Shown: positions 49,548-61,964, counted from the whole stretch's first letter. The stretch is 63,138 bases of DNA, filler included, from Octopus bimaculoides (GCF_001194135.2; 4 parts of 3 records of this genome joined end to end with filler, not necessarily neighbours in it), one strand, 5' to 3'. A program made the numbers and translations. Notes: generated by a model from the sequence alone, not told the origin.

Positions 49548-49870
49548 TCCTTTTCTACTAAGAGAGACAAGGCCTGAAATTTGTGGGAGGGGACTAGTTG
49601 ATCACATCGACACCGAAAGGATAAAAGGCTAAGTCGACCTCGGTGGAATTTGAACTCAGGGCATAAAGACGGAAGAAATACCCCTAAACATTTTACTCGG
49701 ATTGCTAACGATTCTACCAGCCTTCCAATGATGATGATGATGATGATGATGACAATGACGATGATGATGACGATGATGATGATAATGATAATAATAAACA
49801 AATAAAATTTTGCTCTGTTTTGGTATCTTTAATATCATACAAAGTAAAAGAAAAAAACAATGCTAGGCTT

Positions 49871-50812
49871 CTATTTACGGTAATAGCATGCCTGAAATTG
49901 ATTATGGTCAAAGCCCGGAAGATCTTTCAACGGGTTACTGTCAACAAAGTCCCAGTCGCCACAACCATCTCGATCAGGGCAGTCATGTTCCTCGGGATCA
50001 AAATAGTATAGGTCAGTGTATTGGCTAGTCTTAGTTGTTCTTTCGCCGAAAGAAGCGAATTGAAGTCGCCGACAGACAGGTGGCACTCCCATTAATTTCT
50101 TTCGACATTCTTTGACCAATGTTAACGAATCTACACCTTTGTGGTTGGGTGTCAATGGGTTTATTCCGGATTTGACAAGCAAGGAAGCTACATCCAGATG
50201 CTTATTTTGAACAGCGTGGTGTAAAGCTGTGTTACCGAATATATCTTGTTGGTGCAAGCTGTATTTACTTCTGGATAGCAGTTCTTTAGTGAAGTCTATA
50301 TCAAACGTGGCAGCCATTAGTGCTGTTTTCCTTTCATTGGTGCAAGCATCGACATTAGCTTCATAGCTCAAGAGTATTCGGGCCATCTGTAAATTATTCT
50401 CTACTAAGGCCTTAATCAACGCTGTTGACCCCCACCATCCACGGGCATTGATATTGGCACCGAAGGCCAAGAGCATGTTTGCAGCTTTGCGATTGTCTTT
50501 GACGACGGCTGCCCAGAAAGGAGTTACCCTTTCCGAGTTGTAGAAATAACACCTCTGGTCGATTAGACACTTACAGTGTGTGATAAGGTATTTGGTTATG
50601 ACTGTATTGTTAGTAATGGCAGCATAAAACAATGGTGTGATGCCGTTGTATCGAACACTAGTGAGTAACTTCCGGTCTTCTGCAGCGTAGTGGTCCAGGA
50701 GTACCATGAAGGACAGTTGATGGTTTTCGTAGAGGAAATTGTGCAATTTTTTAACGATATTTTCTATGGTTTGGCGCTGCACATCCATTTTTGCTGAAGA
50801 ATTTCTCTGCAT
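49871..50812 (-). CDS. Single-exon ankyrin-repeat protein (about 5 repeats, Fem-1-like N-terminal repeats), 305-313 aa
   Basis: Uninterrupted 942-bp ORF in stop-rich DNA; repeats GITPLFYAA, VTPFWAAV…LLAFGANIN, GSTALIKA…LLSYEANVD, KTALMAA, GNTALHHAV…LLVKSGIN. ATTAAA on the - strand at 49828-33. The start may be ATG 50788. Confidence 0.9.
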   Translation of the reverse strand: MQRNSSAKMDVQRQTIENIVKKLHNFLYENHQLSFMVLLDHYAAEDRKLLTSVRYNGITPLFYAAITNNTVITKYLITHCKCLIDQRCYFYNSERVTPFWAAVVKDNRKAANMLLAFGANINARGWWGSTALIKALVENNLQMARILLSYEANVDACTNERKTALMAATFDIDFTKELLSRSKYSLHQQDIFGNTALHHAVQNKHLDVASLLVKSGINPLTPNHKGVDSLTLVKECRKKLMGVPPVCRRLQFASFGERTTKTSQYTDLYYFDPEEHDCPDRDGCGDWDFVDSNPLKDLPGFDHNQFQACYYRK

Positions 50813-51119
50813 GAAGAAAAAAAAGAAAAAGTCAAATACATATGTATAGTATCTGATAGAATGTTCACGTCTTACACGGTCATGAAAATTAATAAGTCAT
50901 GAGGAGATAAGGCAAGCTGTTATTAAATGGTATGGAAGACCTAACAGATGTTATTTGTGCTACAGGCGCTTTACCATTGGATCAAAGGAATATTTCGAAC
51001 TTCACTATCCATTTTTGAAAATCTATTCTTACTATCAACATACAATTCTGAATAGTAAGAATAAAGTTTCTAAATTGAAGAGAGTCATTCAAAGTATTGC
51101 TTTTGTCTAGTGGTAGAAC

Positions 51120-51502
51120 TGTGGAGGCGCAATGGCCCAGTGGTTAGGGGAGCGGACTCGCAGTCATAGGATCGCGGTTTCGATTCCCAGACCGGGCGTT
51201 GTGAGTGTTTATTGAGCGAAAACACCTAAAGCTCCACGAGGCTCCGGTAGGGGATGGTGGCGGAACCCTGCTGCACTCTTTCACCACAACTTTCTCTCAC
51301 TCTTACTTCCTGTTTCTGTTGTGCCTGTAATTCAAAGGGTCAGCATTGTCACACTGTGTCACGCTGAATCTCCCCGAGAACTACGTTAAGGGTACACGTG
51401 TCTGTGGAGTGCTCAGCCACTTGCACGTTAATTTCACGAGCAGGCTGTTCCGTTGATCGGGTCAACTGGAACCCTCGACGTCGTAAGCGACGGAGTGCCA
51501 GC
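51120..51502 (+). mobile_element. SINE family A, full length, 11-bp TSD
   Basis: AGTGGTAGAAC at 51109-19 and 51503-13; intact A/B boxes. Confidence 0.92.
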
Positions 51503-52176
51503 AGTGGTAGAACGCTTGTCATTATGGGAACATGTAGACTTGAGTCTCTGTGAGAGCCTTCAATTTTTTCTGCCCAAAGGGAATTTTAATTCAATATTTA
51601 CAGGGTGATATTTATAACTTTATCTGCTTCAAGTAACACCGTTCTAAAAAAATATTTCCCTTTCTTTCGAAGTTTCAAAATTCTTATGTCATCAACTATA
51701 TCTCTCTGTATGCATGTGTGTGTGTGTGTGTGTGTGTGTGCGTGCGCGCGTATACAGGTGTTAAAAGTAACTGTGCAACAAATATCTGTGTTTTACGTGT
51801 TCCATGTTTTAAGAAAATAAACTTCAATTTCGTGAATTCGATATCTCGTCTGCAACTGAATGCGAAGTATTTTTTACTTGTTTCTTTTTTTGCAAACACA
51901 TTAGAGCTGTAAAATGCAATTACATGCATGCACGCATATATTGCATACATACATACATACAAATAGATAGACAGACAGACAAACATACATAAATACATAC
52001 ATATATATATATATTTATATATACATACACATTCTTACACATACACATGCAAACATTTTTATTGACGTCTATGGAAGAAATGAGTACATTGTCAATGCAC
52101 ATACATATATATATGGATACATACTTTATATTATATTATAGTGTATATATATATAAATATATATACGCACACACCA

Positions 52177-52219
<43 letters not shown>

Positions 52220-52229
52220 NNNNNNNNNN

Positions 52230-52272
<43 letters not shown>

Positions 52273-52285
52273 TACATATTACACA

Positions 52286-53105
52286 CAAGGTTTTCAGGCT
52301 AAATTTAACAATTTTTATGTCTCCATTTTGTTTTTCAGGAATAATTTGATGTATTGGTGAACAGTCAACAGCGTTGAAGATCATAAAGACGCAGAGATTA
52401 AAGTTGTAGTTAAGAAAAAGTTATCTGACATGGAAGAATGGAAGCCACCTGAATACTGGAAAAGAGTTCTTCGTATCATGATGATTCGCGCCGGGTATCA
52501 AAATGCCGACACCATGACTGCTGCTCTGTGAATATTGTAAACGCTGTGAGACGGGATGCAGACATCATAAAACCCAAGTTACCCCAGACTGCGATGGTCT
52601 TTGAGTATGTTTCCCGTGAGGGTGACGTCAGACCGATCCACATATTTGAACAGACGACTATATAAATCTCTTGTAGACTGTGGTCACAGCTTTACTCGAG
52701 GGGATTGCTGCTAGAAGACCATTTGTGTGGTAGTAGGATTCGACCCCTTGTCATACCTCCGGAAAGAGACAGTAGCAGTTATTGGAGAATTTCTACAATT
52801 TCATCAGCCCTGATTTCTGGCATCCTAATTCCTTCATTTGTAAGCCCATGGGTTACTATGTGTGTTGGGAGTGGTTAAGGAAGATACTAAGCACTCTACT
52901 TGCAACAGCGAAGTTGAACTGGTGACCAAGATCAAAGACGTATTCGAGGATCTTCGCCGGGACAAATTGAGGAACGTATGCGGAAGCTTCCGTCGTGGAA
53001 GCTGGGGAAGGCTACTTTTAGTAATCTTCCAGTTGATATTTTTTGGATGGGGTTTTGTGTTTTCTTTTTACTATACAAACTTTCAAATTTAGCTCGAACA
53101 TCCTG
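52286..53105 (+). mobile_element. Decayed Tc1/mariner element of maT (DD37D)-like type, 820 bp
   Basis: Remnants KLPQTAMVFEYVSREGDV…IFEQ, RPFVW*QDSTPCHTSGK…ENFYNFISPDFWHPNS, ELVTKIKDVFEDL; TIRs CAAGGTTTTCAGGCTAAATTT / CAGGATGTTCGAGCTAAATTT. Confidence 0.8.
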
Positions 53106-53360
53106 CAAACGCCTGCGTACAAATGTCTGTCGGGCATGTGGAAGGCAGTGTGATTCAACACGAGGACTTAAACGACACGCAAAGGTACATGGAGCCCAAT
53201 TACAACAACAGCCAGCTATTGCTAGTAAAAGTTTTGGATGCGAACTCTGTGCAAGACATTGTAGATCTTTGGCTGGACTAAAAAGTCACATTCGATCACA
53301 GCACCGTTAAGTTAAGCGTGCAATGGCCATACTCGATAACGAGGGGGCAGCCATCATCAT
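53106..53360 (+). mobile_element. 3' end of an RTE-type LINE: two C2H2-like fingers, stop, short UTR, (CAT)n tail
   Basis: CRACGRQCDSTRGLKRHAKVH and CELCARHCRSLAGLKSHIRSQH*, no TGEKP linker, followed by GCCATCATCAT. Confidence 0.6.
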
Positions 53361-53954
53361 GTATGTATGTATGTATGTATGTATGTGTATATGTAACACA
53401 TGTATGTATGTATGCATCTCTCTCTGTCTCTCTCTGTGTATATNNNNNNNNNNNNNNNNNNNNNNNNNNNNNNNNNNNNNNNNNNNNNNNNNNNNNNNNN
53501 NNNNNNNNNNNNNNNNNNNNNNNNNNNNNNNNNNNNNNNNNNNNNNNNNNNNNNNNNNNNNNNNNNNNNNNNNNNNNNNNNNNNNNNNNNNNNNNNNNNN
53601 NNNNNNNNNNNNNNNNNNNNNNNNNNNNNNNNNNNNNNNNNNNNNNNNNNNNNNNNNNNNNNNNNNNNNNNNNNNNNNNNNNNNNNNNNNNNNNNNNNNN
53701 NNNNNNNNNNNNNNNNNNNNNNNNNNNNNNNNNNNNNNNNNNNNNNNNNNNNNNNNNNNNNNNNNNNNNNNNNNNNNNNNNNNNNNNNNNNNNNNNNNNN
53801 NNNNNNNNNNNNNNNNNNNNNNNNNNNNNNNNNNNNNNNNNNNNNNNNNNNNNNNNNNNNNNNNNNNNNNNNNNNNNNNNNNNNNNNNNNNNNNNNAAAG
53901 ACAACATGTGTATAATGTGGAAAGATAGTGGCAGCAAAAACAGCATGGAAAGAA

Positions 53955-54210
53955 GAAGATGGAGGAGAAGAAGAAGGAGAAGAAGAAGAAGAAGAAGAAG
54001 AAGAAGAAGAAGAAGAAGAAGAAGAAGAAGAAGAAGAAGAAGAAGAAGAAGAAGAAGAAGAAGAAGGAGGAGAAGAAGAAGAAGAAGAAGAAGGAGAAGA
54101 AGAAGAAGAAGAAGAAGGAGGAGGAGGAGAGGAGGAGAGGGGGAGAAGAAGAAGAAGAAGAAGAAGAAGAAGAAGAAGAAGAAGAAGAAGAAGAAGAAGA
54201 AGAAGAAGAT
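53955..54210. repeat. (GAA)n/(GGA)n polypurine tract
   Basis: Direct reading; the poly-E/R/K ORFs here are artefacts. Confidence 0.97.
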
Positions 54211-55687
54211 CCGGTGTCTGCTGACTGAAGTTTCAGAATTGGTGGAGAGTATTGCCTCGTCTTCGATCCTAGAAACAAAGAACCATTCTCACCCACACTC
54301 ATAGGCAGCAGTGGCTGTCAATGAGAGATGAGGATCAATAGCTCAGATTCCCACCTCTGCGGGGAGCGGGAAGATCTAATGAGCTCTAGACCTCCGCCTA
54401 CCCTGAACGACAGAATCTCTCTAAGGTGATGCAAGATAGTGAGAAATGGAGAATTACTGGAACGTTGCGGAGGAAGAAAACCAAACGAAGAAGAATGGAA
54501 GTAAAAACGTGACCTAAACGTGCGAAAAACTCAAGAAGGCAATGACTACAGCAACCAATATGACGATAAAAAGTAATTCTAAGTCGTTCGATAAAATGTA
54601 TCTGAAATATTACTTGGCAGGGTATGAGGGCAACACAGAAGTAACGGTAACAAGGTCGCAATTGATGCTACCAAAATTTTGACACCGAATAGTAAATATT
54701 GTTTTGTGCTTTGCAAAGATGTGTTATTTTGGTCGTCACAAATTGGAATTTATGAACTGGTTTTAAGTGTGGAAATTTTGTGTTTAATGTGTCAAGTACT
54801 GAAGAACAATGTCTCTTTCTTTCCTTCCTTGTTTAGGAGAAAAATACCTGTTAAAAAAGCATTTTTCGATCAAATTGCCGTTACTGTCTATTTTCGACAA
54901 GATAGCAACACAACAGTTATATTTAGGATATGTCCATCTAAAAACCTATCCAAATATTTCTGCAAATGTCAATCTAAGGAAAAATAAAACACGAATACAG
55001 TTACGATACATTGACATTTCGAAAGAAAGAAATAAGGAACACTTAAGCATGATAACATCAGCAGCAGCAGCAGAAGCAGCAGCGGCAGCAGCAGCAGTAG
55101 CAGCAGCAGCAAGAGGAAGAACAACAAGAACAACAACAGAAGCAACACTTACACTTATGCATAAGATTTGTCCAGCAAAAATATTTGTTTCTTTCCACAA
55201 TAGGCACAAGGTTTGAAATATTTGGGGAAGTGAGCACGTGCCAAACTAGTACTTATTTTATCGACCCCAAAACGATGAGAGGCAATGTCAATCTTGGTAA
55301 CATTTGAGCTCAGATCGTGAAACTAGAAGAAATCCCGCTAAGCATTTCATCCGGCGTACTAACAATTCTGCTGGCACATTGCCTTTATCCAGAAGAAAAT
55401 TAATGTTTTCCTATCCGCAATTGCTTTCGTTTCTCCTCACGCTTTCGGATCAAAATCATTTGCCGGACAGATACATCTCTGGAATTAACAGACTCCTCAT
55501 AAATTAGAATACCACAATGTTATCCCATGCTGAAGAAGGAGTGTCCAGAAGACTGGTGATGCTTCTTGTCTTGTCTCACATTGATGATGTTATCGGTCAC
55601 AGATAGGTGCAGCAAGCTCAAGTTGTAGCGGTAGAAAGAGGGGCAAACAACTGGTGTTCGCTCACCACCTAAACAATGGGTTGTGTG

Positions 55688-56010
55688 AAGATGCATGGCT
55701 CAGTAGTTAGAGCATCGGGCCTACTACAATCATGAGGTTGTGATTTCTATTCCGGGACCGGGCTGTTTTTATAGCCGGACCGAGCAAGACACTTTATTTC
55801 ACGTTGCTCCAGTTCACTCAGCTGTAGAAATGAGTTGCGACGTCACATGTGCCAAACTCTATCGGCCTTTGCCCTTCTCTTGGATAACATCGGTGGTGTG
55901 GAGAGGGGAGGCTGACATGCATGGGTGACTGTTGGTCTTCTATGAACAACCTTCCCTAGACTTGTCTCAAAGGGGAACTTTGTAGGTGCAATCACATGAT
56001 CATTCGTGAC
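55688..56010 (+). mobile_element. tRNA-headed SINE with CORE/Meta-like middle
   Basis: TGGCTCAGTAG A-box, GAGCAAGACACTTTATTTCACGTTGCTCCAGTTCACTCAGCTGTAGAAATGAG core. Confidence 0.7.
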
Positions 56011-56367
56011 AGAAAGGGGTCTTTACCCTTTAATCAATGCGTTTTCATCTGTTGTAAAGTTATATGCACTTTTTAAACGTATGCACATTTTCAGTTACAT
56101 CATATTTTATTTATTGTGTTTTGTATCTTTTATCGCTTGCTTGTTTCAGTCATTAGATATGCTGAGGCACTGTCTTGAAGGGTTACGTCGAATAAATCGA
56201 CCCCAGGACTAATTAAAAAAAAAAAATTGGTTGGCATTTATTCTATCTTTTGCAGAATCCATAGAAAACGAGGATGTAAACAAACCAACAAATGTTTTCA
56301 AGCAGGTGTGGTAGACAAACACAACACAATGGCGCTCGCAAATGAACAGAAATGCACCACAGAAAGG

Positions 56368-56600
56368 TGGCGAGCTGGCAGAAACGCTAGCACGCCGGGC
56401 GAAATGCTTAGAGGTATTTCGTCTGCCGTTACGTTCTGAGTTCAAATTCCGCCGAGGTCGACTTTGCCTTTCATCCTTTTGAAGTCGATAAATTAAGTAC
56501 CAGTTACGCACTGGGGTCGATGGAATCGACTTAATTCCTTTGTCTGCCCTTGTTTGTCCCCTCTATGTTTAGCCACTTGTGGGCAATAAAGAAATAAGAA
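56368..56600 (+). mobile_element. SINE family C monomer, CpG-intact
   Basis: Very similar to 29038-29270. Confidence 0.9.
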
Positions 56601-58885
56601 AGGCACCACACACACACACACACAAAGACATACACACACACATACACAAACTCGACGGCTGTCATGCAATTTCCATATAGCAAATCCACTCATAAGATTT
56701 TGATCGGCCCGGAGCTACAATAGAACACACCTGCCCAAGATGTGACAGTGGAACTGAACCCGAAACCACGTGGTTATAAAGCGATCTTTTAAACCACACA
56801 GCCACTTGTCTATTTTATGTTCTTATTTTACACTCATTTAAAAAATTTCCATCTGTGTGTGGCATCCAATTTTCCCTCGTCGCTTCCTTTTATATGATTT
56901 GTTTGTCTCACTTCACATGTCTTTGTAAACCTTTGGTTGTAACGTTCAACATTTTACAGGTATGAATGATAATCTATGTAAATGCCCTGAGAGGCAGTTG
57001 TTAGCACGCTGGGCGAAAGTCTAAGCGGTCTTTCCTCCATCGCTACGTTCTGAGTTCAAATTCCGCCGAGATCGACTTTGCCTTTCATCCATTCGGGGTC
57101 AAGAAAATAAAATTAATTTGAGCAATTGAGCAATTGACTTTATTACTCCTAGGTGTGAGTATAAAAAGCAACTGTACCCCCTCTGCCAAGCCATGTCGAG
57201 CAAGGGTGACATGGCAGGGCCATCGAACCAGTATGGTCTCAAGCTCAAACTCACGGCCTCCACATCCGATTGTGGTTGGTGGAGAGAACTTGCCGAAGCC
57301 TTCGTCCTGTAGATTTTCATTCCAATCCAACGCTTAGAGGCTAAAATAAAAGATCGAAAGGGAAGAAACGAGAGAATCGTAGCAACGATGGAAGAATTCC
57401 TTGTGGTATTGATTCTCGCTCTTTAAGTTTTGCGTTTAAAACTAACCGAGCTCAAATTTGCTTTTCGTTCTTTTGAGCTCGAAAAGTGAAGTGTCACTCA
57501 AATACTGATGTGAGTGGAATGGATTAATCCCCCACGCTCAAAATTTGCTAGCATCGCGTGCGGATCAACGGAGGTAGTAAATGTATTGACTTGTCCGTTT
57601 TCCATGGCTTATCCATGAGTGGAGAGGTGGTAAGTGTAATTGGAGCCAGGTATTTCCAACTCCTGGAAATAGCCCAGGTAGAGCGTAGATGGTTAAGTTA
57701 CTGTCTCTGTGCTTTCGTGACCAATGATGAAAAAGTCCAACCAGCGACGCCATCTGATCACTGCTTCGCATGATAAAAGGTTGACGTAAACTAAAAACAA
57801 AAACATCAGAAATTTTGCCAATTTAAATTCTAGCTTAATCCCCTCCTCTTCTCAGTCCCCTGCGATAAATACATAAAAGAAATAAAACGAAAACTGTACA
57901 TTAGCACAAATAAAGTTAAATTTAAAATTAAAAACATTATCTTTTGTTACATTTTTTTCAAATTAAAGAAAATCAATATCAAATTTATAATAAAATTGAA
58001 AATTTCTTATCTTTTCCTACTTACCAAATACACTTGACAAAGTAAGTTTAACTCATATTTTTATATTTTTGGTTACATATATATATATATGTATGTATAT
58101 CTATATCTACAACACACACACACACACACAACCACACACACACATGCACATACATTCATTCGTGCATACATATATGTATGTATTATCGATCTCTACTTTA
58201 GGCTATCAGCCGGAAAGACGAATAAAATCATATCATTGACAACGAGCACTAAATTAGGAAAATAAAACAAAAATATTCGAAAGATTTGCAGAATGGTGAA
58301 ACGGAAGCAACAGACGATAGCATTTCCAAATTAATGAAGAAAGAACTATAAGGAATGTGAGCTAAGCTGAGTGGCTTTTTTTTTTTTTTTACTGCATCTT
58401 ACTCATAGCAAGATACCAGACGATCGACGAAACGGCCTTTACATATAATCAAAGTCACTCGAAATGCAAGAAATAGTAAACATATCTACTTAAAAATCAC
58501 ACCCTGCATTGCAGTGTCTTGCAGCTTTTTCATGCTTTGAGAATCCTTGAAAAAACATTTCGTGTCCCAGGGAACACGTATAAAAATAACACTGTACAAC
58601 AAATTTCAAGGTCAAGATAAAAAAAATGGTCCTTATGTACCTTTCTATTATGAAGATGATTATGCTCATTTCGAATTTTGTAACAAAAATTTCCCATCAC
58701 ATCACATTTTCTTGTAAAGTCCCGACTTTAATAACTATGCAATTTATACCAATTTCCACGATACCTTAAACTTATTTTGCTCCGAAAGTCAAATTAAATA
58801 TGTCCATTGTAATTAATTCCTAAATATATCACGAATCGGCATCTTTGTTAGCATTATATAATGTATTAACCTGCATTTTAATACA

Positions 58886-59036
58886 TTATATCCCCGAGAA
58901 CTACGTTAAGGGTACACGTGTCTGTGAACTGCTCAGCCACTTGAACGTTAATTTCACGAGCAGGCTGTTCCGTTGATCGGATCAACTGGAACCCTTGACG
59001 TCGTAAGCGACGGAGTGCCAACAACAACAACAACAT
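58886..59036 (+). mobile_element. 5'-truncated SINE family A tail ending in (CAA)n
   Basis: ATATCCCCGAGAACTACGTTAAGGG…GGAGTGCCAACAACAACAACAAC. Confidence 0.9.
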
Positions 59037-59786
59037 AATGATCCTACGAACTAGCTCCACCGGATAGCCCCATCTACCTGCAGGTCTTTGCGAAAGTGTA
59101 TGCGTGTCTGTCTGTTCTTGCCGCTGTCCAACCGTACGCCCTCATCGCTCGGCGAACACTGCTACTCTCGCAATGCCCGCGGGATATCCGACACATCCAA
59201 TTCACTCAGAGCAACGAAAGCAAGGACTGTTACCCGTCTTTCGTCACCGACCGACTCGAGGTTGGGGTATGGGTGACACGTAAACAACGAATCAACTGCG
59301 GGGAAACAGATATCCCTATGGGCATCGACCTTTCTCAACAACAATGAAAAGAATGTGCGGACGAATTCCACAGCCGCCGAGTCGAAACTTCGCCGTTAGC
59401 CCTATAACCACAGGGGATACTCATAGCTGGAGTGATTTTCAATATAGCTTCATTCACTCAAGGCTGGTTGCCTGGGGGTAAACAACAACACTCTTCACGA
59501 GAATATATAGTTGAGTAAAAACGAGTAACTGAAACGAACAGAAAAAAAAAAACGTTTGGGTACCTTACCTTACTTGACGTATACGTAAACAAAAAAATAT
59601 ATATATGTGTGTCCGTGTGTGTATGTATGTATGTACACACACACGTATGTGTCTATAATTTATATAGATTGGAAGCTTTGAATTATGTCTCGTTAAATTG
59701 TGGGGTGTCCCAATACTGAACAAACGCTCTCTCTTGATTCATGTGCTGTGTGAACATGTTGTCCGGTGGTAGTTCATTATTTTAAT

Positions 59787-59829
<43 letters not shown>

Positions 59830-60195
59830 GTCGTCGTCGTCGTCGTCGTCATTGTTGTTAGTATATATTCTTAAATGGTCATATATACATGTATTCATAC
59901 ATGTCTGTAAGCATTCATACACATACGTACCCATAGACACGTGCGTGAATGCGTGCATGTGTAAGCGCGTGTGTGCGTGCACGCGCGCGTGTGTGTGTAT
60001 GTATGTATGTATATATGTGTGCGTGGATGTGCGTCTGTGTGCGTAGGTGTGTAAGAATATGTAAATATAAACATATAAATAATAGACATACGTCCATATA
60101 CATAGACTTACCCATTCAAATATTCGTCTCTGCTGAGTGTACATACAAACACACAAACACACATATACTCACACACATACATACACAAATACGCG

Positions 60196-60237
<42 letters not shown>

Positions 60238-60422
60238 CACACACAATGTGGGCACGCAATTTCACTTTGACATTGGGATCAAATTTCACTGTTACTTCTC
60301 CGTTGCGACAAACAGGCAAGACAGAATCATACCATTTGTGCATTCAGAAATACAAATAGACATTATGACCCCGTCCTTAAGACACACACATCTGTGTGAT
60401 CACGTGTGTGTGTGTATGTGTT

Positions 60423-60464
<42 letters not shown>

Positions 60465-60474
60465 NNNNNNNNNN

Positions 60475-60516
<42 letters not shown>

Positions 60517-60819
60517 GCGCGCATTGTAGCATAAATGTGACACGAGCAGAAGTTAGACTTTATACCATAATTAACAATCACGTGTCGTTAAGATGAGTTA
60601 AATTCTGTCAACCTGTATGTGGTCATACAAAATGCAAGAAACTGCAGTCATATTTCCCGGCATATGAAAACCTGTCATAAGGAAATCTAATGCTACATAA
60701 GACGAGGCGATCATCGTAGGAACGTCTTCGATTATAGGCCAGTTTAAGGCAAACCTGAAGCTAAACAACAACGTCAAGTTTAACTTTTGCTACACACACA
60801 TGTATGTACATACTTGTGT

Positions 60820-60855
<36 letters not shown>

Positions 60856-60897
60856 AGAATGCGTGTGTAAGTGTCAGTGAGAGTATAGATACATATA

Positions 60898-60997
60898 NNN
60901 NNNNNNNNNNNNNNNNNNNNNNNNNNNNNNNNNNNNNNNNNTTAATTAATTAANNNNNNNNNNNNNNNNNNNNNNNNNNNNNNNNNNNNNNNNNNNN
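60898..60997. other. Artificial 100-bp scaffold linker 44N-TTAATTAATTAA-44N
   Basis: Same structure as 30574-30673. Confidence 0.95.
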
Positions 60998-61964
60998 CTT
61001 CAAGTAGTATGTCTCTAAATCTCTGTCCATTTGCTGGATCTTTAAGTATCCAAACCCCTCTGCGCCAAATCGGTCTACTTCTGGGCATCCTTTTTGCCTT
61101 GACCCCGAAGTCGCTAACTACTAATCTGTGTTGAGGGAGTACATTCTTCGCCAGGGAAGGTTTTGGCATTTATAAGCCGCCCTCTTTCCCTATTTCTGGC
61201 GAGGATGTAGTCGATTTGGCTAGAGTGTCAGTCGGAGCGGTAGGTGACTAGGTGACAGGCAGGTTTCTTGAAGTTGGTATTGCAAACCATAAGATCGTTT
61301 GCATCACAGAACTCCAGCAGTCTGGTTCCCTCCTCATTGTGGGAATCGAAGCCATAGCCTCCATGAATGCCATGGAAGCCCCTTGCATGGTGTCTAACAT
61401 GCCCATTGAAATCGCCAGCCACAAAGAGAAGGTCCCTGTCATTTGTCAACGAGGTAGTTTGCAGGGGGGTGTCGTAGAATTGGTCGAGATGATGGTAGAA
61501 TAGGCCGAGATGACGGTAGCTAATCTATGATGAAGCACTAGCCTAATCTTAAGTACTCTGTCACATATTCTAACTACTTCAATTACCTTATCCACCCATT
61601 TCTCTGCTAGGAGTATTCCCACGCCCCCGACCCCGTCAGTGTTCCCTGCCCAGAAAATCTTGTACCTGTGTTCTTTGCCTGTGAGGAACCTCGCGGAACC
61701 TCCTCTCCATCTAACTTCTTGGATGCAGCAAAAATCTACACGTCTCCGTTCAAGCATCTCAACAATCTCACCAGACCTACCTTTCAGCGTGCCAACGTTG
61801 AGAGCGCCAATTCTGACGGTGTGGGTGGAGTGGGTGCCAGAGAAGTGGGTGCCAGAGAAGTGGGCCCGTGTCACCCTGGGATGGGGGAAAGCAGTGTCGT
61901 GTACCTGAAAAGAAAGCTTGCATTTGGCAGAATTCATAAACAAAACAATACCTACAACCTGCAT
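60998..61964 (-). pseudogene. RTE-clade LINE 5' part: AP endonuclease domain, disrupted near 61446-61500
   Basis: IGALNVGTLKG…DFCCIQEVRWRG…GGVGILL…TVISAY; VAGDFNGHV…NEEGTRLLEFC…VCNTNF; QHRLVVSDF. Cut by the linker at 60997. Confidence 0.92.

Noticed and set aside
52620-52670. TGACGTCA plus TATATAAA as a CRE/TATA promoter
   Set aside because: Both lie in the decayed maT-like transposase reading frame (…EGDVRP…YINLL).
53130-53310. Member of the octopus C2H2 zinc-finger gene expansion
   Set aside because: Only two atypical fingers, no TGEKP linkers, followed by a LINE-like (CAT)n tail.
54300-54520. Possible RTE reverse-transcriptase C-terminus (KVMQDSEKWR), and a similar hint at 57120-57330 (LVRWPCHV, - strand)
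   Set aside because: Similarity is limited to a few residues; not supportable without alignment.
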